Part shown: positions 45,302-53,039 of the stretch, piece by piece
Layout of the letters: every line of letters starts with the position of its first letter
How positions within the stretch are numbered: position 1 is the first letter of the stretch
DNA from: a virus
Lineage: Duplodnaviria; Caudoviricetes
DNA length: 53,039 bases
Reading direction: 5' to 3' (one strand)
IMG/VR virus record: IMGVR_UViG_3300021379_002077
Coordinates: 1-53,039 of that record
Notes under the pieces: model-generated
Database searches by the model: none
Told to the model about the DNA's origin: nothing
Seen by the model: the letters and a program-made list of their open reading frames with translations, nothing else
Made by a program: the position numbers and the translations under genes

Positions 45302-46033
45302 TTAATATCTTCTTCTTCTCTGCAAAAGTAGCAAGCAACCTAAACCGCCAAACAAAGAAGAGCTGAGTTCTGGGGCAGCAGCTAATTCTAATTCAACTCC
45401 ATTACCAAGAATAAGTTCTTGTGGCACAACTTCATCAAAAACAAAGTTATCCATTCCATAACAGAAAGCAGAATATTCAGCTTGAACCCACTCACCAGTT
45501 TCCCATTGAGCTAAGTCACGAATAACGACTTTATCAACATTGTCGAAAGATTCTGGAAGGAATACGTCTTGATAATCTCCACCCCAGTCATCACTAGGTA
45601 ACATATATTCTTCTGTTACAGCGACTCCTTCAAGCCATCCTTGGATAGCGATAATTTCTGTTCCAGTTGCTGCTCCACCACCGATTTCAGTATTAGAAGT
45701 CATGTGGAAGAACTGGAGATCAAATGGTACATTGTTTTCGCGAGAAATCTCAATTGCAGAGATTGCGGTCCAGTGGCCATGGATTACATCATCTCCAGCT
45801 CCATAGTAGTTTCCTACAGTTTGGAAGCTGTAGTCGTTAACAGGAGAAACGTAATTTAGGATAACAGTTCCTTCTTGGTAGCTAACAATATTAGAGTTCT
45901 GTGACTGAGTGTTTGTTACAAATTCAGTTCCATCTGGGCTAATTGCAGTTCCACCAGTAAAGGTTACAATAGCAGCTTCTGCGAAAGAAGACAAAGCTAT
46001 TAATGGCAGTAGTAGAGGTATTAGTTTGTTCAT
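45302..46033 (-). CDS. PEP-CTERM-like surface protein
   Basis: Signal peptide ending AEA-AIVTF; acidic beta-rich body; C-terminal APELSSSLFGGLGCLLLLQRRRRY (PEP variant + TM + Arg cluster). Confidence 0.8.
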   Translation of the reverse strand: MNKLIPLLLPLIALSSFAEAAIVTFTGGTAISPDGTEFVTNTQSQNSNIVSYQEGTVILNYVSPVNDYSFQTVGNYYGAGDDVIHGHWTAISAIEISRENNVPFDLQFFHMTSNTEIGGGAATGTEIIAIQGWLEGVAVTEEYMLPSDDWGGDYQDVFLPESFDNVDKVVIRDLAQWETGEWVQAEYSAFCYGMDNFVFDEVVPQELILGNGVELELAAAPELSSSLFGGLGCLLLLQRRRRY

Positions 46034-46224
46034 TTATTTTTCTTTTTTAGTAGATAGTCTTTTATTTTCGTTAAATTGCCAGTCAACTTACCAAGCAGTC
46101 TGCCTAGTTTACTGTCTTCTGGGACAATATAAGAAAGTGTTCCAATGAGGCCCATAACTGAGATAATAAACTCAGGCATTGAGGACATATATGGGGCCAA
46201 GATTTTATCGAATATTTCTTCCAT
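46030..46224 (-). CDS. small membrane protein
   Basis: 64 aa with hydrophobic FIISVMGLIGTLSYIV and basic C-terminus; overlaps the next start codon. Confidence 0.65.
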   Translation of the reverse strand: MEEIFDKILAPYMSSMPEFIISVMGLIGTLSYIVPEDSKLGRLLGKLTGNLTKIKDYLLKKKNK

Positions 46225-46226
46225 TA

Positions 46227-47120
46227 CTAGTCTCCTACACTTGTTACTTGAGGATCATCTTTAACCTCTTCGTAATCGATTCGGTTCTTTGTTTCCTCTT
46301 TAGGTTCTGTTTTTGTTGTGTCATCTCCACCTTCTCCATCAGGAGTTTGCGCTGTTGTGTCGCCACCTTCAGTGCCACCTCCGTCTCCTCCTTCAGTGCC
46401 ACCTTCAGTTCCAACTCCGTCTCCTCCTTCAGCACTAGCATCTGTATTGGTTCCTTCGACATCGCCATATCCTTTTTCGGCATACTCGATAATTGTTTCA
46501 AAAGCAGTTACTCCAATTAATGCTTCTGAATATGAATTAAATTTAGAAAAAACTCCATATTGCTGCTCTGTTACTACAGCAATCTCCATTCCTTCAGTCC
46601 CTGCTGTTTTAGCTTGGAAGTAAGCTCCACTACCAATTGACATTACTCCAGCAGTTCCAATTGCAGCTACTTTGTTTACAGATTCTTGAACAAATGTTGT
46701 TACTGCGCTTGTTAAGCTTGGTGTTGCTGCGGCTGCGGTTTGAGTTGTTGCAGCCATTACTCCACCTCCAGCTACAGTCTTTGTTGCTTTCTTTAATAAT
46801 TCTTTATTATTCTCAGCAATCTCATTTAATTTTTCTAAAGTTGATGTTTCTGGAGCTTCTGCTTTTACCTCTTGCTCTTCTCCTTCAACTTTTTCAGTTT
46901 CTTCTGTAACCTCTTCGGTAGCTTCTTCGTCTTCTACTTCAGCCCCACATTCTTCACAAACACACTTTTGACTTTCTAAGTGTTTAATTCTTTGAAGTAA
47001 TGCCCAAGCAGTTTCTCTAGCATGGCGATCCAAGTCAGAGATAAGCTCACTGTCTTCTGGATTGCAATACTTTAAAGCGAAATCTTCTGCTTCCGCAAGA
47101 TCTTTGCTATTTTCCCCCAT
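46227..47120 (-). CDS. acidic low-complexity putative membrane protein
   Basis: CVCEECG motif, Glu-rich linker, Ala/Gly/Thr hydrophobic segments, EGG repeats. Likely start ATG 47120, because the track's GTG at 47138 is part of the GTGTA motif. Confidence 0.65.
   Translation of the reverse strand: MGENSKDLAEAEDFALKYCNPEDSELISDLDRHARETAWALLQRIKHLESQKCVCEECGAEVEDEEATEEVTEETEKVEGEEQEVKAEAPETSTLEKLNEIAENNKELLKKATKTVAGGGVMAATTQTAAAATPSLTSAVTTFVQESVNKVAAIGTAGVMSIGSGAYFQAKTAGTEGMEIAVVTEQQYGVFSKFNSYSEALIGVTAFETIIEYAEKGYGDVEGTNTDASAEGGDGVGTEGGTEGGDGGGTEGGDTTAQTPDGEGGDDTTKTEPKEETKNRIDYEEVKDDPQVTSVGD
46322..46432 (-). repeat. coding EGG(D/T) repeat
   Basis: Repeated CCACCTTCAGT/CTCCTCCTTC units encoding EGGDGVGTEGGTEGGDGGGTEGGD...EGGD. 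Confidence 0.75.
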
Positions 47121-47133
47121 GTATAAAAATAGA

Positions 47134-47159
47134 TACACAAAATTTTCTTTTTGGGTGTA
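47134..47159. promoter_or_regulatory. divergent pair of GTGTA motifs
   Basis: TACAC at 47134-47138 (GTGTA on minus, 13 nt before ATG 47120) and GTGTA at 47155-47159 (11 nt before ATG 47171). Confidence 0.65.
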
Positions 47160-47170
47160 AATTAAGGGGA

Positions 47171-47485
47171 ATGGATTTCAAAAATTTGATCAGGGAGTTT
47201 TTAAGTGGAGGTTGGGTTATCCCTGTGATTGGTGCAGCTGGAATGGTTGCACGTATGCTGACATATAAAGGAGAATATTCTTGTAGAACATTTTGGAGAA
47301 ATGTTATAGCTGCTGCTATCCTTTCTGGAATCCTATGGTTTGTTTTAAAAGATGCGCCTATTAGCGATTTTATAAAAGCTATTTCTTATGGTGTAGTTGG
47401 AGTAGTAGCACCAGAAATTATTAATGGTATTATTGCTTTAGCTAAAAAGTTTGAGAAGAATCCTGATAAATTCTTAAAAAAGTAA
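47171..47485 (+). CDS. putative holin
   Basis: 104 aa, three hydrophobic segments, basic C-terminus (KKFEKNPDKFLKK). Confidence 0.7.
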   Translation: MDFKNLIREFLSGGWVIPVIGAAGMVARMLTYKGEYSCRTFWRNVIAAAILSGILWFVLKDAPISDFIKAISYGVVGVVAPEIINGIIALAKKFEKNPDKFLKK

Positions 47486-47507
47486 TAAATTAGTGTAACA
47501 TAAAGCA

Positions 47508-47855
47508 ATGGCTGGGACAAAATACGATATTATTATTGAGCAGGGAGCTTGTCTTGATATCCCAATGACTCTTACGGACGATTCTGATACTCCGTATGAT
47601 CTTAGAACAGATGCAGTTTATTTAACTGGAGTTATCTATCGTGATTATGACCAAGCTGTTCAAGCTACTTTTACTTACACCGAAACTGATGCTGAAAATG
47701 GCGGTGCAAAAATGTCTCTAAGTAGTGCAGATACTCAGGCTATGGAGCCAGCTTATAGTTCCTATGATATATTTTTAATTAAATCAGATGGTTGCGTTGA
47801 TCGGTTGTTATATGGAACGGCAACTATTAGCGGAACTGCAACTCCTCTTCCATGA
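47508..47855 (+). CDS. small tail/baseplate Ig-like adaptor protein
   Basis: YDIIIEQGA...P.DL...MSLSSADT...YDIFL...RLLYG...I pattern common in phage fibre-attachment proteins; GTGTA at 47493-47497. Confidence 0.65.
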   Translation: MAGTKYDIIIEQGACLDIPMTLTDDSDTPYDLRTDAVYLTGVIYRDYDQAVQATFTYTETDAENGGAKMSLSSADTQAMEPAYSSYDIFLIKSDGCVDRLLYGTATISGTATPLP

Positions 47856-49078
47856 GCATTAATGTAACGGTAACAGAAACTCCAAATGTAGACCTGACGA
47901 TAGCTTCATCGACAGGTATTAATGTTGGTGTTGGAGGCACTTCACACAATTCTCTTGTTGGTATCCAAGGTGGTGCTTCTGGTGAGTATTACCACCTTAC
48001 TTTAGAGCAATACAATCAAATTGGCGGTAATCCAGATGCATTTGTAAATATTACTGGAGAAGAAACAATCTCTGGTGTTAAAACTTTTGCTTCTGGTTTA
48101 ATTATTTCTGCTGATACAGAAGATATTGTTCTTACTGGTAATTTAATTGATGGTGATAGGAAATTATTTATTGATGCAGAGTCATTAATTGTTGGTGATT
48201 TTAACTCTGTTAACTCTCTTTACTCAGCTGTTATTCTTGGTAGTGGCAACCAGATTTATGGTGACTATGATATTATTGCTGGTGGTGAATTAAACACAAT
48301 TACTGGTGATGATTATTCTGTTATCATTGGTGGTCGTTCAAATTTAATTCAAGATGGTGGCCTTGGTTATAACACAATTAATGGAGGAACTTCTCACTCT
48401 ATTAGACAATCAAATGCTTCTCTTGTTGATGGTGGTTATGATAACGATATTTTAGGAGCTTCGAATGCTGTTGTTGTTGGTGGCCAAAGTAATAATATTA
48501 CAAGTGGGACAATTGCTCCAGATCATTCCATTATTCTTGGTGGTGAGAATAATACTATTGAAGATGCTAGTAACGCTATTGTTGTCGGAGGAACAAACAA
48601 CTATGCTAGTGGCTCATACTCTACGGTAATTGCTGGAAGACAAGGAAGGGCTATTCATGATGGAGCTACTGTTTTGGCTGATGGTAAAGTTGGAAGAGTA
48701 AAGAACTCTGTTTCTGAGCATAGTTTGACTATTGATTTTGCTAGTGGAGTTACAATGCCGACTGGTAATTTAGCAGTTACTCAGGATATTACAATGGGTG
48801 GAGAAACTGTTGCTACTAGAACTTGGGTTGAAGATAGGGATTTAGGTCAGAGATTCGATACTTCACTTGCTTCTGGCATTGAAGAAACTGGGATCTTATT
48901 CCCAACTTCATTTAGTGCGGCTCCATTAGTTCAATGTGAACTTCAATTACCAGATGGAGGAGAAAGAACCTACTTTACAGCAGTAAGAAATGTAACAACT
49001 ACTGGATTCTTCGTAGAATTTTCAGATAATATTGGTGCAGGATATACATTACAAACAAGAGCAATCCCGAATACATAA
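47852..49078 (+). CDS. tail fibre protein with GG-x-x-N beta-helix repeats
   Basis: Repeats IAGGELN, IIGGRSN, VDGGYDN, VVGGQSN, ILGGENN, VVGGTNN; ETISGVKTF; C-terminal FPTSFSAAP.V...NVTTTGF domain. Confidence 0.8.
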   Translation: MSINVTVTETPNVDLTIASSTGINVGVGGTSHNSLVGIQGGASGEYYHLTLEQYNQIGGNPDAFVNITGEETISGVKTFASGLIISADTEDIVLTGNLIDGDRKLFIDAESLIVGDFNSVNSLYSAVILGSGNQIYGDYDIIAGGELNTITGDDYSVIIGGRSNLIQDGGLGYNTINGGTSHSIRQSNASLVDGGYDNDILGASNAVVVGGQSNNITSGTIAPDHSIILGGENNTIEDASNAIVVGGTNNYASGSYSTVIAGRQGRAIHDGATVLADGKVGRVKNSVSEHSLTIDFASGVTMPTGNLAVTQDITMGGETVATRTWVEDRDLGQRFDTSLASGIEETGILFPTSFSAAPLVQCELQLPDGGERTYFTAVRNVTTTGFFVEFSDNIGAGYTLQTRAIPNT

Positions 49079-49617
49079 TGGCATTAGAAGTAAAATTAAA
49101 AAATTTAGTAGTCGAGACTCTCAATACAGAGAATGTCTCTAAAGCTATTTTTGGAGAAGGATTAGGTAATTCAAATTTAAATTCTCAGCAGAGTCAGTTT
49201 ATTATCTCTAATGGTTTTTTCTCTACCGCAGGAGATGCTCAGACTTGTTTATTTTTACTTCGTGGTCATTCAACAGATGCTTCTGAAACTGAATTATTTT
49301 TAGATGGATCTAGTGCGAGATTTATTTTAGAAGACAATACTTCTTACTTTTTTAGCTGCCAGTTTATAGCACGATCAGATAATGGTGATAGTGCAGTTAT
49401 GCATGTTAATGGTGGGGCTAAAAGGGGTTCCAGTGCTAATTCTGTAGAAATATTAGGACAACCTCATAATCACATTATTCATGATGGAATAGGCGTTGGT
49501 GACGTTCAGTTTGGAGTAAGTGCATCAAATGGTTCTTTAAAATTTTTTGCTACTGGTAAAGAATCTACTAATATCCGCTGGTTAGGAAAAGTTGATTTGA
49601 CTCAATTGAAATATTAA
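49078..49617 (+). CDS. tail-fibre-associated protein
   Basis: GFFSTAGDAQ...LLRGHSTDA..TELFLDG...IRWLGKV; similar to the C-terminal domain of the next gene. Confidence 0.65.
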   Translation: MALEVKLKNLVVETLNTENVSKAIFGEGLGNSNLNSQQSQFIISNGFFSTAGDAQTCLFLLRGHSTDASETELFLDGSSARFILEDNTSYFFSCQFIARSDNGDSAVMHVNGGAKRGSSANSVEILGQPHNHIIHDGIGVGDVQFGVSASNGSLKFFATGKESTNIRWLGKVDLTQLKY

Positions 49618-49676
49618 AAGTTTCTGATTTGCCATTTGTTGTGTAACTAGAATCAACTAGTTATTTTTAATACACC

Positions 49677-52031
49677 ATGGCAAATAATATAATTTACAAA
49701 GGTTCAAAAAATGGCACTCAAGTAGATTTTACTACGGGTAGCCTGACAGACATCTCTACATTTACTGGAGATGTAAGAGGAGTAGCAATTCAAGATCAGA
49801 TTGTTGAAGGAGTTGCTACAATTGGTGCTTCTCAAGATGCTATTTATGCGATGTCTGGCTATTTGGCAGCTAATGCTCACCCAGATGTTACCCCAGCTTC
49901 TAATATTTCTATTGATAATTCAAATGGCACAGTTCTTCAAGATGCTAGTTTTACTTTCGATGCTGATGGTCACGTAACAAGTGCAGAGTTTGTTTCTGTT
50001 GATTTAGATTCTCGTTATACTCAAACTGGTGATTTTTATCTAAGTTCTGGTGATCTTGTTACTTATATTGATGCTGGTGATACAGTAAATAAAGGCTATA
50101 TTGATGTAACTAGTGGAAAAGTAAATTTAAATAAGGGTTACATTGACGTTACTAGTGGTAAAGCAGATGCCAACAAAGGTTATATTGATGACGTTAGTGG
50201 TATTGCAGATGTTAATACTGCTGATATTGTCACTCTTAGTGGTTTAATTGATTCTGTAGAAGCTTACGATCTTCAAGCAGTAACTGATAATGGATCATTT
50301 ACACGTAATGACATCGAAGTATCTGGTTTGCGGATTTCTGGAGATGGAACTACTGCAACAATTACTGGTCCCGCAACTCTTGTCCTTGATCCAGACAATG
50401 GAGGCCCAGAAGGTCTTGTTATTGTTCAAGGAGATTTGCAGGTTCAAGGTACAACAACCACAATTAGCTCAACAGATGTTCAAGTTGGAGACTTAAATCT
50501 TACTCTTGGCACTGGAGCTAATAATGCTCAAGCTCTTGCTGGTGGTGGTCTTCAACTTTCAGGTGTTGGAGGATTGGGTGCTGAGTTTGTTTATTTTAAC
50601 GATGGAACAGATAGTGGTTGGACAACAAATGGTTTAGATATTTCTGCTAATCTTGATGGTATTGCTACTGGTGCTGACGCTTGGGCTACCGCTCGTAGTA
50701 TTGCTTTTGAAGGTGGAGATGTTACAGGTCAAATTTTGAGTATTGATGGTAGTTCAAATATTAATAATGTTGATTTAACGATTGCTCCACTCTCTGTAAC
50801 GAATGGTATGCTCGCAGGTTCTATTGCAATTACTAAACTTGCTGATTATACCTTTAATGTTGGTGCTGGAAATGGTCTTACTGATGGTGGATCAGCAGAA
50901 CTTGGAGAAACTTCTACTATTAATGTCGCTGGTGGCAATGGTATCTCCGTTTCTTCTGATGCAGTTACTGTAAATGCAAATAGCAATCACTTCGATTTCG
51001 ATTCTAGTGAGGCACTTTATATTAAAGCAGGTGGTGTTGATACTACTGAACTTGCAAATGATGCAGTTACCGCTGACAAGCTTGCTGATACCACAGTAAC
51101 CGCAGGAGCTTATACCGCAGCTGACATTACTGTTGATGCTCAAGGTCGTATTACTGCTGCCGCTAATGGTACTATTTCATCTTCTGAAATTGAAAATGGA
51201 GCGGTTATTTCTGGTAAACTTGGTGCTGACTCAGTTGGAGCACACGAATTAGATATTTCCGTCAAAGGTGATAATATTACCTTTACTGATGGTGTTCTTA
51301 GTGTTGCTGATTCTGATATCCAAGCTGGTATTGTTGGAGCTGCAAGTACAATTACCGCTGACGATTTAACTGCTAGTCGCGCTCTTGCATCTGATGCAAA
51401 TGGTAAGGTGGCTGTAGCTACCACTACTCTTGCAGAATTAAATCATCTTGCTGGAGTTTCAAGTTCAGTTCAAGATCAATTGGACGCAAAAGCCCTTAAG
51501 ACTATTTCAATTAATGATGGTAATGGTTTAACTGGAGGTGGTGATCTTTCTGCAAACAGAACTTTAACAACTGTATCTGATCAAAGTCATCTTGATGAGA
51601 TTGAGTTTGGCTATGACAATAGTGCAGAAACTAATGTTCGGACTAAAGGTGGAGTTCTTATTCTTCGTGGAACAGAGAACAATGGCATTACTACTGATTT
51701 CACTAATGGAAACGCAATTGACCTTAATGATAAAACAACTGTTGCATTTGAAGGTGTTGTGCAATCTGCTAATGTTGGCTCTTCTGGAGAAAATGATAAT
51801 GGAAGTTATGTCGCAATGTGGAAGGTTCAAGGTGTGATTCGTAGAGATTCTGATAGCACTAACATGCTTCAATCTTTTGTTACTAAAACTTTTGAGGGAT
51901 CAAATGCGACAAGTTATGGACTTGACGTTGCTGTTAATGGCGATGGATTGAAGATTAGTAGTGATCAAACTACTACTACCTTGGTGACTTCAGCCACAAT
52001 TAATTATAACTGGATCGAAGACATAAGTTAA
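49677..52031 (+). CDS. tail fibre protein
   Basis: 784 aa Gly/Thr/Asp-rich; LQAVTDNG, GDLQVQGTTTTI, ADAWATARSI, AVTADKLA, ITVDAQGRIT, IxxGNGLTGGGDLSANRT fibre motifs; GTGTA at 49641-49645. Confidence 0.85.
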   Translation: MANNIIYKGSKNGTQVDFTTGSLTDISTFTGDVRGVAIQDQIVEGVATIGASQDAIYAMSGYLAANAHPDVTPASNISIDNSNGTVLQDASFTFDADGHVTSAEFVSVDLDSRYTQTGDFYLSSGDLVTYIDAGDTVNKGYIDVTSGKVNLNKGYIDVTSGKADANKGYIDDVSGIADVNTADIVTLSGLIDSVEAYDLQAVTDNGSFTRNDIEVSGLRISGDGTTATITGPATLVLDPDNGGPEGLVIVQGDLQVQGTTTTISSTDVQVGDLNLTLGTGANNAQALAGGGLQLSGVGGLGAEFVYFNDGTDSGWTTNGLDISANLDGIATGADAWATARSIAFEGGDVTGQILSIDGSSNINNVDLTIAPLSVTNGMLAGSIAITKLADYTFNVGAGNGLTDGGSAELGETSTINVAGGNGISVSSDAVTVNANSNHFDFDSSEALYIKAGGVDTTELANDAVTADKLADTTVTAGAYTAADITVDAQGRITAAANGTISSSEIENGAVISGKLGADSVGAHELDISVKGDNITFTDGVLSVADSDIQAGIVGAASTITADDLTASRALASDANGKVAVATTTLAELNHLAGVSSSVQDQLDAKALKTISINDGNGLTGGGDLSANRTLTTVSDQSHLDEIEFGYDNSAETNVRTKGGVLILRGTENNGITTDFTNGNAIDLNDKTTVAFEGVVQSANVGSSGENDNGSYVAMWKVQGVIRRDSDSTNMLQSFVTKTFEGSNATSYGLDVAVNGDGLKISSDQTTTTLVTSATINYNWIEDIS
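50088..50201 (+). repeat. 42-nt (14-aa) coding tandem repeat x3
   Basis: NKGYIDVTSGK-VNL / NKGYIDVTSGK-ADA / NKGYIDDVSG with synonymous differences. Confidence 0.8.
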
Positions 52032-52047
52032 TAATATTCTTACTAAA

Positions 52048-52079
52048 GCCTACCCCATTGATTTGGGGTAGGTTTTTTT
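52048..52079 (+). terminator. rho-independent terminator
   Basis: CCTACCCCA-loop-TGGGGTAGG followed by T7. Confidence 0.9.
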
Positions 52080-52126
52080 GTGCATTTATTGTTAAATAGT
52101 GTAACAGAGTATATAATTTTGTAGAT

Positions 52127-53039
52127 ATGTCAGAGTATTTCGTAGGAACCACAGGATCAAATAACCAAACCACCTTTGAATCTCTTTCTACTTCTGAGGT
52201 TCTGGATGATTTGCAGTTGAATACTGGCGATGCTCCTACTTTTTCTGGCTTATTTTTAGAGGGTAGTGGAAACACTATTTTTTCTGTAGATGGGGCTAAT
52301 GGAAGACTTTTTGGAGTTACTGATGAAGTAACAGGCACAGTTTTCTCAGTTAATGATGCGGCTGGACTACCAATCTTGGAGGTAGAGAGTACTGCTGACT
52401 TTGATAAAATTACTATTGGTGAATATGGTAGTGATTTACTTGTTTTAAGTGGGCAGACTACAGCTGAAGTTACTGGTTCACAAATTGCCACAGAATCTTG
52501 GGTTAATAGCCTTGGATTTAGTTCTGATACGAACTATTATTTAACAGGAGTATCTAAATCTGGTAATACTTTTACTTTTGGGGTAAATGGAGCTTCTGAT
52601 CCAACTTATACTTTAACAAGCGGAGATATTACTGGGGCTTTAGGGTTTGATCCAGTAACATTACAAGATGATGGTTCAGTTGAAGCAGAAGAGTTTATTG
52701 GTGATTTAAGAGGTGCTGTTTCATTTAAAGCTCAAGCAGGTGAAGCTATAGCAAAAGGAGAAGTTGTTTTCATTTCTGGTATTTCTGGAAATACAACTGT
52801 TGTGGGTCTTGCAGACGACAATGACGCTACGAGGATGCAAGCATTTGGTATCGAATCTGAAGCAGCTAGTGCCAATAATCCTGTCACTGTTATTAATTTT
52901 GGTAGTCTTGGTAATTTAGATACAGATACTCCAAACTGGGATGAAGGTGATGAGCTTTTTGTTTCTACTACTGCTGGTGCATTAACTAATACTGCTCCTA
53001 CAAGTGAGAGTTCACTTTTGCAGAAGATTGCAAAGGTTA
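52127..53039 (+). CDS. 3'-truncated tail fibre/virion protein (not in ORF track)
   Basis: MSEYFVGTTGSNNQ...FSVDGANGRLFGVTDEVTGTVFSVNDAAGLP...IATESWV...AIAKGEVVFISG...; frame open to the window end; GTGTA at 52099-52103. Confidence 0.85.
   Translation, partial: MSEYFVGTTGSNNQTTFESLSTSEVLDDLQLNTGDAPTFSGLFLEGSGNTIFSVDGANGRLFGVTDEVTGTVFSVNDAAGLPILEVESTADFDKITIGEYGSDLLVLSGQTTAEVTGSQIATESWVNSLGFSSDTNYYLTGVSKSGNTFTFGVNGASDPTYTLTSGDITGALGFDPVTLQDDGSVEAEEFIGDLRGAVSFKAQAGEAIAKGEVVFISGISGNTTVVGLADDNDATRMQAFGIESEAASANNPVTVINFGSLGNLDTDTPNWDEGDELFVSTTAGALTNTAPTSESSLLQKIAKV

Noticed and set aside
52000-52491. 163-aa minus-strand ORF in the track
   Set aside because: It is the antisense shadow of the plus-strand fibre gene starting at 52127 and crosses a terminator.
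1-53039. Stop-codon reassignment
   Set aside because: Conserved enzymes are full length under code 11, and TAA, TAG and TGA all end genes at coupled junctions.
47852-53039. Diversity-generating retroelement or invertible fibre cassette
   Set aside because: No reverse transcriptase, invertase, or near-identical TR/VR nucleotide pair seen in the window; fibre similarities are only at diverged protein level.

Overview
This is a 53 kb, AT-rich, densely packed segment of a large tailed dsDNA phage genome (Caudoviricetes) using the standard genetic code. I found no tRNA, rRNA, CRISPR array, integrase, intron or intein. In order it contains: (1) a tail module with a 1527-aa TP901-type tape measure protein and five large downstream virion genes; (2) a minus-strand block of glycosyltransferases, SSB, an annealing-protein candidate and a sigma70-type factor; (3) a palindrome-rich divergent intergenic region, a candidate origin; (4) nrdB-nrdA with class Id signatures, and Hsp20; (5) a sugar-modification cluster (GT4, GalE-like, two GT2, sulfotransferase, Gmd); (6) a bacterial-type replisome (RecA, DnaB, DnaG, RecB-like nuclease, and DnaE split into PHP, exonuclease and polymerase genes) plus a Clp ATPase; (7) HldD, overlapped spanin-like genes, an inverted envelope cassette (beta-barrel OMP, PEP-CTERM-like protein, two membrane proteins), a holin and tail-fibre genes running off the end. 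The PEP-CTERM tail and OMP suggest a Verrucomicrobiota-like host (inference). The strongest leads are a possible virion glycosylation system (GT/heptose/sulfation genes plus a pervasive [ST]-G motif in virion proteins), a host-surface remodelling cassette, a GTGTA late-promoter motif, a structured origin-like element and a nuclease-like cargo domain in the tape measure protein. All family calls come from motif recognition by eye; no database search was run.
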